Part shown: positions 9,763-18,954 of the stretch, piece after piece
How the letters are laid out: each line of letters starts with the position of its first letter
Numbering within the stretch: the first letter of the stretch is position 1
Assembly (NCBI GenBank): GCA_016839515.1
Contig: JAEOUE010000275.1
Coordinates: 1 to 36,333, forward strand
Direction: 5' to 3'
Origin: Candidatus Hodarchaeum mangrovi
GTDB lineage: Archaea > Asgardarchaeota > Heimdallarchaeia > Hodarchaeales > Hodarchaeaceae
Length of the DNA: 36,333 bases
Notes under the pieces: generated by a model
What the model saw: only the letters and a program-made list of their open reading frames with translations
Databases searched by the model: none
What the model was told of the DNA's origin: nothing
Position numbers and translations under genes: made by a program

Positions 9763-12074
9763 TAGACATCCTCCTGAATTTTCTTTTGTAAAGCAGCCCA
9801 AACTCTTTCAGGTGTTGCAGGAATTTCATTTAACCGGATCCCAACTGCGTTTGCTATTGCATTTGTAACAGCTGGAGCAATACCCATTATAGGTTGTTCT
9901 CCTATTCCTTTCGCTCCATACGGTCCTTCTAACCAAGGTTCTTCTATTATTATTGAATGAATTCTAGGAGTATCTTTCGTTGTCGGAATTAAGTAAGTAC
10001 CAAGATTATTTGAAAGAATACTCCCTTCAGGGGTAAAAATAATTTGCTCATATCTCCCATAACCTAAACCTTGTAAAGCTCCACCTTCGATTTGTCCTTC
10101 AAGAGTTTGTGGATTAATTGCTCTACCTACATCATGAGCAGCCCAAATATCTAAAACCTTGACAATACCAGTTTCAGTATCAACTTCAACCTCAGCGATG
10201 TTTGTACAGAAAGCATAAGCTGAATATGCATCACCTTGACCTTTTTCATTATCAAAATATGTGTAGGGAGCGACATCCCATCCTGAAGCTGCAACTCGGC
10301 CTCTCTCCTGATAAATAAATTTAATTGCTTCTGAAACTGAAATAACAGCCTCTTGGGATGATTTTTGGTAGATATTTTGGTCTTTGATTTCAAGATCTTG
10401 AATATCTATTTCAAATTTTCCAGCAATCTTTTGATAAATTAAGGTTCGTAATTGTTTACAGGCATCTTGTAAAGCTCTTCCAGACATAATGGTAGCTCTG
10501 CTTGCTACTGTTGGTCCTGAATCAGGAACTCGACTTGTCTCAACGGGAGTCATATATATTTTGTCATAATCTACTCCCAATTCATCAGCTACAATTTGAG
10601 AAAGTACTGTTATCATCCCCTGACCCATCTCAGTTGTTCCTACTGCGAATCGTACACTTGCATCAGGTTCAATTTGTACGTAGGCACCACTTCGTGACAT
10701 TATCCTCCCAGCTGCCCCTAGAAAACAGCCATAAAAGATTGTTGAAATACCTATTCCTTTTTGTAGATATTTTCCATTTTTTTGATCTTCTAGGATTTGC
10801 TTTATCGTTGGAGTAGGCTTTCGCTTATTATACCAATCACTTAGTTCTCTTGCTTTCTTTAGTGTCTTTTCTAATCCTACAGATTGAGTCAATATTTGAC
10901 CAAAGGTAGTTGTATCTCCTACATGTAGGATGTGCTTTTCCCGAAAATCACTTGGATCTAAACCCAAAGCCTCTGCTGCACGATCCATCTGTTCTTCTGC
11001 TGGAAATATAACTTGGGGTGAACCAAACCCTCGAAAGGCTCCAAAAGGAACTAAATTAGTTGTAACAGCGTAAGCCTGAACATCTACATTTTCGCATCGA
11101 TAAGGTCCTACTGCATGCATTGCAGCTCGGTAAAGAACAGCTGGTGCAAGAGTTGAATAAGCTCCTGTATTTAGAAAAACTTCCACCTTAACTGCTTTTA
11201 ACATTCCATCTTTGGTTAACCCAGTTTTATATCTAACTACAGCGGGATGGCGTTTAGAAGTAGTTTCTATATCTTCCTCTCTGTTTAAAAGGAATTTAAC
11301 GGGTTTTTTGACTAACCATGCCCCAAATGCTGCTAAACTACCTATCTGATTTGGAACATCTTCCTTCCCACCAAATGCTCCACCAGTTGTAGTTTGAATG
11401 ATATTAACTTTACTCCAATCCATTCCTAAGATTTCTGCGACACACCGTTGCACGTAAAATGGACATTGCATGGATCCATAGACAGTAATAAAATCGTGTC
11501 CTTGAGGAATAGCAATACAGCCTTGTGTTTCAATGTATGCATGTTCCTGAGCTGGAAGACGATATTCATTTTCAATAATTATATCTGATTCTTCGAATCC
11601 CTTTTTTATATTACCATTTTTCTGCTGCCAATAAGACCAGACATTATGTGTTCCAAAAATATGAATTGTTGGATGACCTTTTGCTTTTACTGGATCAAAG
11701 ACCGCAGGAAGCTTTTCGTATTCTATATGCACGAATTTCCTAGCTTCTTCATTCTTTTCTTGAGAAGAAGAAACCAAGATTACTACTGGCTCTCCTACAT
11801 GATTTACGGTTTTTTCAGCTAATAATGGCCAATCATCAAGAATAACATGCAATATATTTTTACCAGGTATATCTGCTGCTGTTCCCACGACGACTCCTAG
11901 TGTTTTTAGTTTCTCTTTCTCAATATTAATCTTTTTTATTCTCGCATGAGCATATGGACTTCGTATAATATCTAGAAACTGTTCATCAGCAAATTTTAGA
12001 TCGTAAACATAAGGAGCTTTTCCAACTACTTTTATTCTTGCATCTTTCCTTTGTAAACGCTTACCAACAGCCAT
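9762..12074 (-). CDS. Xanthine dehydrogenase family Moco-binding subunit (XdhA/PucD/NdhL-like)
   Basis: RSPYAHARI, QEHAYIETQG, GGAFGGKED, AFRGFGSPQ, EMGQG, ASRAT and GAKGIGE. Confidence 0.94.
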   Translation of the reverse strand: MAVGKRLQRKDARIKVVGKAPYVYDLKFADEQFLDIIRSPYAHARIKKINIEKEKLKTLGVVVGTAADIPGKNILHVILDDWPLLAEKTVNHVGEPVVILVSSSQEKNEEARKFVHIEYEKLPAVFDPVKAKGHPTIHIFGTHNVWSYWQQKNGNIKKGFEESDIIIENEYRLPAQEHAYIETQGCIAIPQGHDFITVYGSMQCPFYVQRCVAEILGMDWSKVNIIQTTTGGAFGGKEDVPNQIGSLAAFGAWLVKKPVKFLLNREEDIETTSKRHPAVVRYKTGLTKDGMLKAVKVEVFLNTGAYSTLAPAVLYRAAMHAVGPYRCENVDVQAYAVTTNLVPFGAFRGFGSPQVIFPAEEQMDRAAEALGLDPSDFREKHILHVGDTTTFGQILTQSVGLEKTLKKARELSDWYNKRKPTPTIKQILEDQKNGKYLQKGIGISTIFYGCFLGAAGRIMSRSGAYVQIEPDASVRFAVGTTEMGQGMITVLSQIVADELGVDYDKIYMTPVETSRVPDSGPTVASRATIMSGRALQDACKQLRTLIYQKIAGKFEIDIQDLEIKDQNIYQKSSQEAVISVSEAIKFIYQERGRVAASGWDVAPYTYFDNEKGQGDAYSAYAFCTNIAEVEVDTETGIVKVLDIWAAHDVGRAINPQTLEGQIEGGALQGLGYGRYEQIIFTPEGSILSNNLGTYLIPTTKDTPRIHSIIIEEPWLEGPYGAKGIGEQPIMGIAPAVTNAIANAVGIRLNEIPATPERVWAALQKKIQEDV

Positions 12075-12232
12075 TAGATCATCTCTACTAATGATATTCT
12101 AATTGAAAAGAAGTAGATTAAACTCAGTATTAATTTTATTGTGAAAACTGATTCATTCATAGATTGGATCTGAAAGATTTAGAACCTATAACTACAAAAT
12201 TGACGTTCAATCTTGATTTAAGTGTATTAATT

Positions 12233-12247
12233 TACTCCATTGGAGTA
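12233..12247. promoter_or_regulatory. Perfect palindrome TACTCCA-T-TGGAGTA, candidate operator upstream of the minus-strand XDH operon
   Basis: 7-bp inverted repeat with a 1-nt spacer in an AT-rich intergenic region about 160 bp upstream of the start at 12074. Function is inferred. Confidence 0.35.
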
Positions 12248-12275
12248 TCACGGATCAATAATAATAATATAAGAT

Positions 12276-12854
12276 TCAGGGTGTCACTATTGCTGACATT
12301 AACGCTAATATAAAAATAAGAATAAATAGAAAGATAAAAAAAGCTATCATTGGTGATTCCTGAAGAAATTCTCTCGAAAAAAAACGAGCTATTTCTTTTC
12401 CTATACTGAGTTGTCTTCGCACTGATAATTGATCTCTATCAAAAACAGTAAAACCGAATATCTTTATGGTTGGAACCATATGAGTCAGACACCATATCAC
12501 AATAAAGGGAATTGCAATTAATGCTAATAAACCAACAAGAAGAAATTTAGGATTTCCTAAGCTGAAAATAAAGATTATTAAGCTAAAAAATACTCCGAAA
12601 ATCATTAAACAGAACCAATTCCAAGCAGAAAAGTATAATTCTTCTGGTGAACTGGTATCCCTTGAACGTTGCAGAACAGTTTCACGAAAATCACTTGATT
12701 TTCGTGCAGTATATTCTCGAGCTTTTTCTTTAGTGGAAATTGTTCCCATATCTATTTCTTCTTTAACACCATCTACAAATTCCTTTCCAGATTCCTTGAT
12801 TTTATCAAAGATGCTCCTAGTTTTCTTCTTCTCACTCATAATATAATCCACCAA
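12276..12854 (-). CDS. Hypothetical membrane protein (charged N-terminus, about 3 TM segments)
   Basis: 192-aa ORF with hydrophobic stretches. AGGAGAG upstream, and it follows the 12879-13355 gene as an operon. Confidence 0.75.
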   Translation of the reverse strand: MVDYIMSEKKKTRSIFDKIKESGKEFVDGVKEEIDMGTISTKEKAREYTARKSSDFRETVLQRSRDTSSPEELYFSAWNWFCLMIFGVFFSLIIFIFSLGNPKFLLVGLLALIAIPFIVIWCLTHMVPTIKIFGFTVFDRDQLSVRRQLSIGKEIARFFSREFLQESPMIAFFIFLFILIFILALMSAIVTP

Positions 12855-12878
12855 TTATTTTTTATAGCGACTCTCCTT

Positions 12879-13355
12879 TTAATACCTCGTCTTATGGGAT
12901 GAAATCTTAAGTTTTATTGTTACTCCAGGTGCTTTTAGAACTTCATATTTTGTGCCTGAACCAAAAACAATTGGGACTTCAGTTTTAATTAGGACATCAT
13001 CTTTTGTAGGATCTGCTTCCCTCAACTTTATTGGTATTGAGAGAGTTTTCCCTAATTCATTAGATTCTGAAAATGAAATCCAGAGTGTAAAGTCTTGGTT
13101 TGTTGTATAGGTCATATTTTCTTTTATTTTGAGCGATCCTTCAAAAGGAATACGGTAATCATGCTTTAGTAATCCTTTACCTCCTACTTCAAAATAAAAT
13201 TCACCTGTACGATCCATTGGATTTTTCTCATGAACATTCTCAACACGAATAGACATTAATGAAATAATATTTTGATATCTATTTGAATCAGATAGATCTG
13301 GTTCCTGACCTTTTGCATAAGTTCTTTTTCCTTTCACATATACTCTTCTACTCAT
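12879..13355 (-). CDS. Hypothetical beta-rich protein, possibly C2-domain-like
   Basis: 158-aa ORF with alternating beta-strand patterns and IKLREADPTKDDVL, reminiscent of the C2 Ca-loop (V.D.D...DD.LG). The fold call is weak. Confidence 0.7.
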   Translation of the reverse strand: MSRRVYVKGKRTYAKGQEPDLSDSNRYQNIISLMSIRVENVHEKNPMDRTGEFYFEVGGKGLLKHDYRIPFEGSLKIKENMTYTTNQDFTLWISFSESNELGKTLSIPIKLREADPTKDDVLIKTEVPIVFGSGTKYEVLKAPGVTIKLKISSHKTRY

Positions 13356-13513
13356 AATTAATCCACTTGTTTTTTTCTGTGAAAGAGTCCCCTTTAAAAA
13401 TATGTATGTTTTCGACCTAATCGGAGAATTGAATAGAAAGAATTTTGAAGTAGACGGAATTGTAACGCTCTAGGAATAAGATTTACTCACTTATTAGCTT
13501 TTGAGGTGTTATT

Positions 13514-15265
13514 GTGGAAATTCCAAATTTAGAAATGATCCGGGAAATAACAGATAAATTAAACACAGAATATGATTTACAGACAAGGTTAAATAGATAT
13601 AAGACTCTTCCCGATCTTTTGAACCTTGCTAAAAAAAATAATTTAACGGATGAAGATGCAGCTATTCGTGCTTTATTCATAGCTGATTTTATTGTCACAA
13701 CTTCAGAATTACCACCAGGAAATTCAGATGAAGATCGTTACCAATCAGTTATACAATCTTTCAAAGTAGGTACTGAACTAAATTCAACAGCTGATAATTT
13801 AATGCGAATTTTTTACCTTGCATATAAAATTGTCACTCTGATAAAGCGACAAGATCTTTTTATGGGTGGAAGAGGATTGGATCGAAAATCTAGCTTACTT
13901 CGTATCAAAGATACTTATTTTTTACCATATTTGAAGATTTCTACTCAAATGTTAAAACAAGAGTCATCTTGCATGCTACAATTAGGAATCCTTGCAGCTG
14001 CTCTGTTACGTGATTTCCCAGATAAGCAGATTCAAAAATATAGATCATCTCCACCAGTATCTAATATAAAAGAATTAATACCAGTTCTCTGGAAGCTCTT
14101 ACTCGATTATGCACAAAAACAAAGTGTAGATACAAATCCAAATGCAGTAATACCAAATTTAGAAAAATCTCAATCAATTTTAATGTTAGACGCGGCAGAG
14201 AAAGGAAATTTTATATCCCTTTGGAATGTTGATCCACCAAGTAACTTTACAAGTTTAAAAGTAGAAATTCAATCAATGGATTCTCAATTAAATAAATTAT
14301 TTGATAATAAATCTCTTATTTCCCTTCGATGTCAAATTCAAGACGCAGAGGATTTAGATCATATATTTATTGTACGAGATCCTAATATTATATCTCATCC
14401 CATTCTTGTTCTAGCCACACCAGCAGATGAAATAAATCTCAATTGTGTGAAAAGAATTCTTCATTTAAGAGGACTAGAAGGAGAAGGGTGGAAACCTGTT
14501 ATAATGGATACTGCTCAAGAGACAAAAAATATAGAACCAATTTCATCAGGTCCTCTAGTGAAACCAGAAATAACACCAAAAGCTGGCAAAGGCGGATTGC
14601 TTAATCGAATTAAAAATCTATTTAAGAAAAAATCCGTTGAAGAAGGTCCAGCACTAGAATCTAGTATAAAACCTATTCAGAAGAAAAAATGGAAAGATAT
14701 ACCTGCATTTGTCCTCGGTAGTGAATTTTTGGCAAAATCATTAACTGTTGAGGCAGTAGGTGATTTTGCTTTATTTGAAGAATTTGATACAATTCGAGAA
14801 GCAAATTATTCGATTATTGGAGTTTTAGAGTCAGAGTTAGAAACAAAGAAAACTCAAATCATGATTAAAAAGGTAAATCAAAACCTTTCAGAAGTATACC
14901 AATTTTATGAAGGAATATTATCTAAACTAAATAAGTTATCTCAGTTCCTTTTCAATATTCAGGGGAATCTAGTGATAGATGAGGTTTTCTGGATGAATGA
15001 GCACGATGAAAAATTCCTCTTATGTGTTGATCAGGGGAATTTACGATTGGTAGGAACATTAGCTGCCTCATATCGAGACAAAATTGCAGATCTACAAATA
15101 AGAGCTTCATCAAAGGAGGAATTACAACGTCGGTCGATTCATATGCGAAACAAGCAATTCTTAGGAGCTCTTGGTGCTAGAACAAATCCTGATCTTCGGG
15201 AAACAATCGATAGGATTTTTGGCCAAAACTTTGACTGTTCCAAGGCGGTTTTACTTGAGTTCTAA
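13514..15265 (+). CDS. Hypothetical 583-aa multidomain soluble protein
   Basis: Long ORF with a GTG start and GAGGTG upstream. No family recognised. Confidence 0.8.
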   Translation: MEIPNLEMIREITDKLNTEYDLQTRLNRYKTLPDLLNLAKKNNLTDEDAAIRALFIADFIVTTSELPPGNSDEDRYQSVIQSFKVGTELNSTADNLMRIFYLAYKIVTLIKRQDLFMGGRGLDRKSSLLRIKDTYFLPYLKISTQMLKQESSCMLQLGILAAALLRDFPDKQIQKYRSSPPVSNIKELIPVLWKLLLDYAQKQSVDTNPNAVIPNLEKSQSILMLDAAEKGNFISLWNVDPPSNFTSLKVEIQSMDSQLNKLFDNKSLISLRCQIQDAEDLDHIFIVRDPNIISHPILVLATPADEINLNCVKRILHLRGLEGEGWKPVIMDTAQETKNIEPISSGPLVKPEITPKAGKGGLLNRIKNLFKKKSVEEGPALESSIKPIQKKKWKDIPAFVLGSEFLAKSLTVEAVGDFALFEEFDTIREANYSIIGVLESELETKKTQIMIKKVNQNLSEVYQFYEGILSKLNKLSQFLFNIQGNLVIDEVFWMNEHDEKFLLCVDQGNLRLVGTLAASYRDKIADLQIRASSKEELQRRSIHMRNKQFLGALGARTNPDLRETIDRIFGQNFDCSKAVLLEF

Positions 15266-15349
15266 TCTCAATTAGTGATTTTTTTTTTATGTTTTCGTTT
15301 AATAAAAGAACTAAAGTTTTTTATTGTAAAAAGGCCTCTTATTAAAACC

Positions 15350-17017
15350 ATGAGTAAAGAAAATGATTTGAGTAAATCCTACTGGAAACCTCTTCTAATA
15401 GCCATCTTACCTTCTTCCTACTTCTGGATCTTAGCAACATTTTTCTTCTTAATTTATTCATTTGATATGCTTTGGTATGTAAAGGAATTCCAAATTTTTA
15501 GTTCAGATAATTCCATATTAAGTGAATTAATAGTATTAAGTGTAGTTGCAGTACCAACAGCATTGGGTATAGGATTAACAGGGAATTATATTGATAGAAG
15601 ACCAGAAAATTTAGGAAAATTGATACTCAGTGGATTATTAGGGTCTTCAATAATGTTACTGGCCGATACTGTTTCGATGGGAATTAAGAATGGAATTTTA
15701 ATTCTATTTGCTGTAGGATCAATGGGATTATTCCTAGGAATTGAAATTACCTCTGCTTTTGTGCTATTTAGTGTATTAACACAGTGGAATTGTCGCGGGA
15801 GGGTATATGCTCTTAGCAACCTATTATTTGCAATCTTTACATTTCTATTAATTTTTGTCTCAGAGATAACAGAATTAAGATTTTTTCTTGCATTTCCTAT
15901 TATTAGTATTTTTGGTATTCTTATCTCCCTTTTTCTCTTTTTTCCTATTACTAGAATGAAGTTTTGGCAAAATGATAAATGGCCAACAAAGGATATTCAA
16001 ATTTTTAAACGATATTCCGTTCAAGCATATTCTCTTGCTCATATTTCAATCTATTTAATGCTTGGATTAACCATAGGATCCCTAGCACAAGCAGGATTCA
16101 CTATATTTATGGATATTACGATGGAAAGTCATGCTACTTTTTGGATTATTGTAATTCTCGGAACTATAATATCTATTCTTCCTGCAGGAGCCTTAGCTGA
16201 TCGTTGGGGAAGAAAAACGCTAACAATATTGGCTGTATATGGAATATTAGGAGCTTCATTACTGGTTGGATTTATTGAACTAAATTTTACTACTTTTACT
16301 CTTGCTTCATTGTTAATTGGAATAGCATTTGCCTTTCTACATCCTACACTTGATAGTTCCCTATGGATTGATTTAGCTTCAAAGGATTCTATTGGTAGAT
16401 ATTTAGGAATTAATGGTTTAACTTTAGGTGCAGGACTCGCTGCGGGCTTTCTTATTAGTTATTTTCTTTTTCTTGACATAATTTCCTCTATCTTAAATTA
16501 TATGGTCTTCTTCTATATAGGCTTAGCTGTATTAACTTTATTCCCTTTGTTCTGGACTAGTGATTCCTACCCTCCCCTTGAATTCTTCTTATTATTGGTT
16601 ATCAATGAAGCAGGAGTTCCAATCTTCCATTATCAATTTGGACATAAAAAAGAACTTCGTGTAGACCTCCCACTTATTTCTGGGGCATTATCAGCTGTAG
16701 GTACCTTTATGGTTGAAGCTACTGGGGAGGAAGAGGGAAGATTAAATTTAGTAAATCATGGTTCTCATTTTATTCTTACGGATGAAAGTAAGAGAAAAAC
16801 TAATATCACAGCAGCGATTTTTTCAAATAAGAATGACCATGAACTCCAGGTATTATTAAGAAAATTCCTTCTAAAATTCCACGAGAAATATGAAACGGAA
16901 TTAATTGAATGGAAAGGGAATCTTGACGCTTTTAAGGATGCTTATGTCGAAGCAGAACAGATTTTTGGTCCTCTTATTACCCTCTCTCGTGATGAACAAC
17001 TTGTAACCAATATTTAA
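15350..17017 (+). CDS. MFS transporter fused to a C-terminal Asgard-type longin-like domain
   Basis: About 12 TM segments and MFS motif A (GALADRWGRK, GNYIDRRP). The soluble tail LLVINEAGVPIF...LISGALSAV..F...FHEKY..EL.EWKGNLDAF is longin-like. Start taken as ATG 15350 (MSKEND). Confidence 0.85.
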   Translation: MSKENDLSKSYWKPLLIAILPSSYFWILATFFFLIYSFDMLWYVKEFQIFSSDNSILSELIVLSVVAVPTALGIGLTGNYIDRRPENLGKLILSGLLGSSIMLLADTVSMGIKNGILILFAVGSMGLFLGIEITSAFVLFSVLTQWNCRGRVYALSNLLFAIFTFLLIFVSEITELRFFLAFPIISIFGILISLFLFFPITRMKFWQNDKWPTKDIQIFKRYSVQAYSLAHISIYLMLGLTIGSLAQAGFTIFMDITMESHATFWIIVILGTIISILPAGALADRWGRKTLTILAVYGILGASLLVGFIELNFTTFTLASLLIGIAFAFLHPTLDSSLWIDLASKDSIGRYLGINGLTLGAGLAAGFLISYFLFLDIISSILNYMVFFYIGLAVLTLFPLFWTSDSYPPLEFFLLLVINEAGVPIFHYQFGHKKELRVDLPLISGALSAVGTFMVEATGEEEGRLNLVNHGSHFILTDESKRKTNITAAIFSNKNDHELQVLLRKFLLKFHEKYETELIEWKGNLDAFKDAYVEAEQIFGPLITLSRDEQLVTNI

Positions 17018-17112
17018 TGTTTTATTAAAATACCAGGTTATTATTACAATCTATATATTATTGTGATAAACTGAAAGGTTGACTTATTATTAATTTAGGA
17101 AAAACTAAAATA

Positions 17113-17552
17113 ATGAAACCTTAATTTTTACCTATCTTTCTAATTCTTATTGTATTTTTGATTTTTCTACCTAATTCCATAATTACCTTTGCTTCCATAC
17201 AAGGATGCTATAAACCATACGTAAGCTGGTTATACCCTGAGAATGACTTTAATCTTTCCAGGACTGTTAAAATCTATTTAAGTAAGGTTTAATCAGATTA
17301 TTATGAATTTATAGCATATAGTCTTTATTATGAGATAAACCAAACAAAGGAGTTCGTCTATTTTCTGGATTAAATGATAATTCTTATTCTCTAAATACTA
17401 CATTATTACCTCCAATTAATAAATTGAAGTTAATTATGTAGTCATTTGATACCTATATTACTAAAGATGATACAGTTATAGTTAATATTGATCAAACGGT
17501 AACTGCAAGTCCCTTCAATCCTGAAGTTCTGATTGATCCAGACGAGTGTTCC
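17113..17552 (+). pseudogene. Decayed gene for a secreted/surface protein with an Ig-like domain
   Basis: ATG 17113, signal-peptide-like FLPIFLILIVFLIFLP, then PYVSWLYPE..NLSRTVKI...AYSLYYE...SGLNDNSYSLNTTLLP..KLKL. Stops TAA 17122, TAA 17290 and TAG 17439, and a frameshift near 17360. Confidence 0.6.
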
Positions 17553-18281
17553 CTAAAAACCTTCGTAGTGTTTAAAGTAATTCACTAATGTCTCCTCAAC
17601 TGGTCCTAAAATGGTATTATTAGTCAATGGAGAAATTGGAGTTTTGTTCATATTAAATTCTAAGATGACAATATTAGGATTCAAACGTTTAGCATGAAAT
17701 GGAAAATCAGCGACAGGATAAACTAATGAGGAAGTTCCAGCCACTATCAATAAATCCGTGTTAGCAAGCCTTTCAAAACTAGTATTAATCGTAGTAGAGT
17801 CTAAACTCTCACCAAACCAAACAACAGCAGGTCGAAGTAATCCATCACATAAAGGACATTTGGGTAAGGAATTTACAATGTTTAAAAGGACTATATTTTT
17901 TTCCCCACATTCTACACACCGTGTTTTCATAATTTCTCCGTGCAAATGTATAACACATCTTGATCCTGCCCTCTCGTGTAAATCATCGACATTTTGAGTT
18001 AAAATTACGATATTACATCCTTGGGATTCTAATTGAGCTAATATAGTATGGGCAGGATTAGGTTGTGCTTTTTGAATTAGATTAATGCGCCAATAATACC
18101 ATTCCCACACAAGAAAGGGATTTTTGTCAAAAGCTGAGGGAGTTGCTAACTCTTGAGGGTTATAATTTCGCCATAATCCGTTTGATCCGCGGAATGTAGG
18201 AATCCCTGATGGTTGGGAAATTCCTGCTCCTGTTATTACTGTTATTTTCAGTTCCTGTAAATTAAATTTTATGGAAGACAT
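17553..18281 (-). CDS. cobB: NAD-dependent protein deacylase (Sir2/CobB, class III-like)
   Basis: TGAGISQPSGIPTFRG, TQNVDDLHERAG, HLHG, CxxC...CxxC, RPAVVWFGE and GTSSLVYP. Confidence 0.95.
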   Translation of the reverse strand: MSSIKFNLQELKITVITGAGISQPSGIPTFRGSNGLWRNYNPQELATPSAFDKNPFLVWEWYYWRINLIQKAQPNPAHTILAQLESQGCNIVILTQNVDDLHERAGSRCVIHLHGEIMKTRCVECGEKNIVLLNIVNSLPKCPLCDGLLRPAVVWFGESLDSTTINTSFERLANTDLLIVAGTSSLVYPVADFPFHAKRLNPNIVILEFNMNKTPISPLTNNTILGPVEETLVNYFKHYEGF

Positions 18282-18420
18282 TTTTAATGTCCTTAATTAG
18301 TTTAATCAAATTAAATTCATTAAATCGTAAATCCAAATTTAAAATCATTGAAAATTTAGTTATAGGTTATGTTCATTTCGAGATTCGTCTTATTCCGAAT
18401 TTAGAATTTTTGCGATAATA

Positions 18421-18434
18421 GCAAAATATATAAA
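18421..18434 (+). promoter_or_regulatory. Candidate BRE/TATA promoter of the Lrp gene
   Basis: GCAAAATATATAAA about 45-55 bp upstream of the ORF start, matching the archaeal promoter layout. Confidence 0.5.
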
Positions 18435-18441
18435 CTAGAAA

Positions 18442-18469
18442 TTAACAATTGTTACTTAACAATAGTTAA
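18442..18469. promoter_or_regulatory. Tandem palindromic operator TTAACAATTGTTAC / TTAACAATAGTTAA
   Basis: Perfect 12-bp palindrome TAACAATTGTTA (18443-18454), repeated with one mismatch 14 bp later (18457-18468), between the TATA box and the Lrp start. Confidence 0.6.
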
Positions 18470-18477
18470 TTAAATAA

Positions 18478-18945
18478 ATGGGAATTAAAATGATAGACGA
18501 TAAAATTGATCAGGAAATCTTAGAAATTTTAAGCAGGGATGGAAGAACTAAATTTACTACCATCGCGAAGAAAATTAATCGTACTGAAGGGACCGTCCGC
18601 AATAGAGTTCGAAGACTCAAAGAAAAAGGTGTTATTCAAGGATTCCGCGTTGTTACTGATCCTGAAAATCTTGGATTTGAAAAACAAGCTGTTATTCGTT
18701 TCTCTATGGAATCATCTTATGAAGCCTATAGTCAATTAGATCAGCTTCCATATATATGCCAAGGCGCTAACTGCAAATTACTTTCCTTATATCGTTCCAA
18801 TGGTGATAGTACTTTTATGCTTGAAGTTATGAGTAAAAGTAAGCAAGATTTGGAATTCTTTATTAAAGAACTCAATAAATTTGACGGTATCGATGATTTA
18901 GAAATCCTGGAGAAGGAAGAAAAGATTTACGATCATCTTGCTTAA
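18478..18945 (+). CDS. Lrp/AsnC family transcriptional regulator
   Basis: IDQEILEILSRDGRTKFTTIAKKINRTEGTVRNRVRRLKEKGVI HTH, DPENLG linker and a RAM-like C-terminus. Confidence 0.93.
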   Translation: MGIKMIDDKIDQEILEILSRDGRTKFTTIAKKINRTEGTVRNRVRRLKEKGVIQGFRVVTDPENLGFEKQAVIRFSMESSYEAYSQLDQLPYICQGANCKLLSLYRSNGDSTFMLEVMSKSKQDLEFFIKELNKFDGIDDLEILEKEEKIYDHLA

Positions 18946-18954
18946 TTGTTTTCA

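Noticed and set aside
3444-12074. Aerobic CO dehydrogenase (CoxL) identity for the large subunits
   Set aside because: The active-site loops are AYRGYG and AFRGFG, not the form I AYxCSFR motif.
2971-12278. Genome-wide reassignment of TGA to an amino acid
   Set aside because: TGA ends full-length genes in coupled TTGA/ATGA overlaps (2974, 3447, 9298) and at 12276.
15275-15349. 25-aa N-terminal extension of the MFS gene from GTG 15275
   Set aside because: It covers a T-rich terminator-like tract after the upstream gene, and ATG 15350 is a more plausible start.
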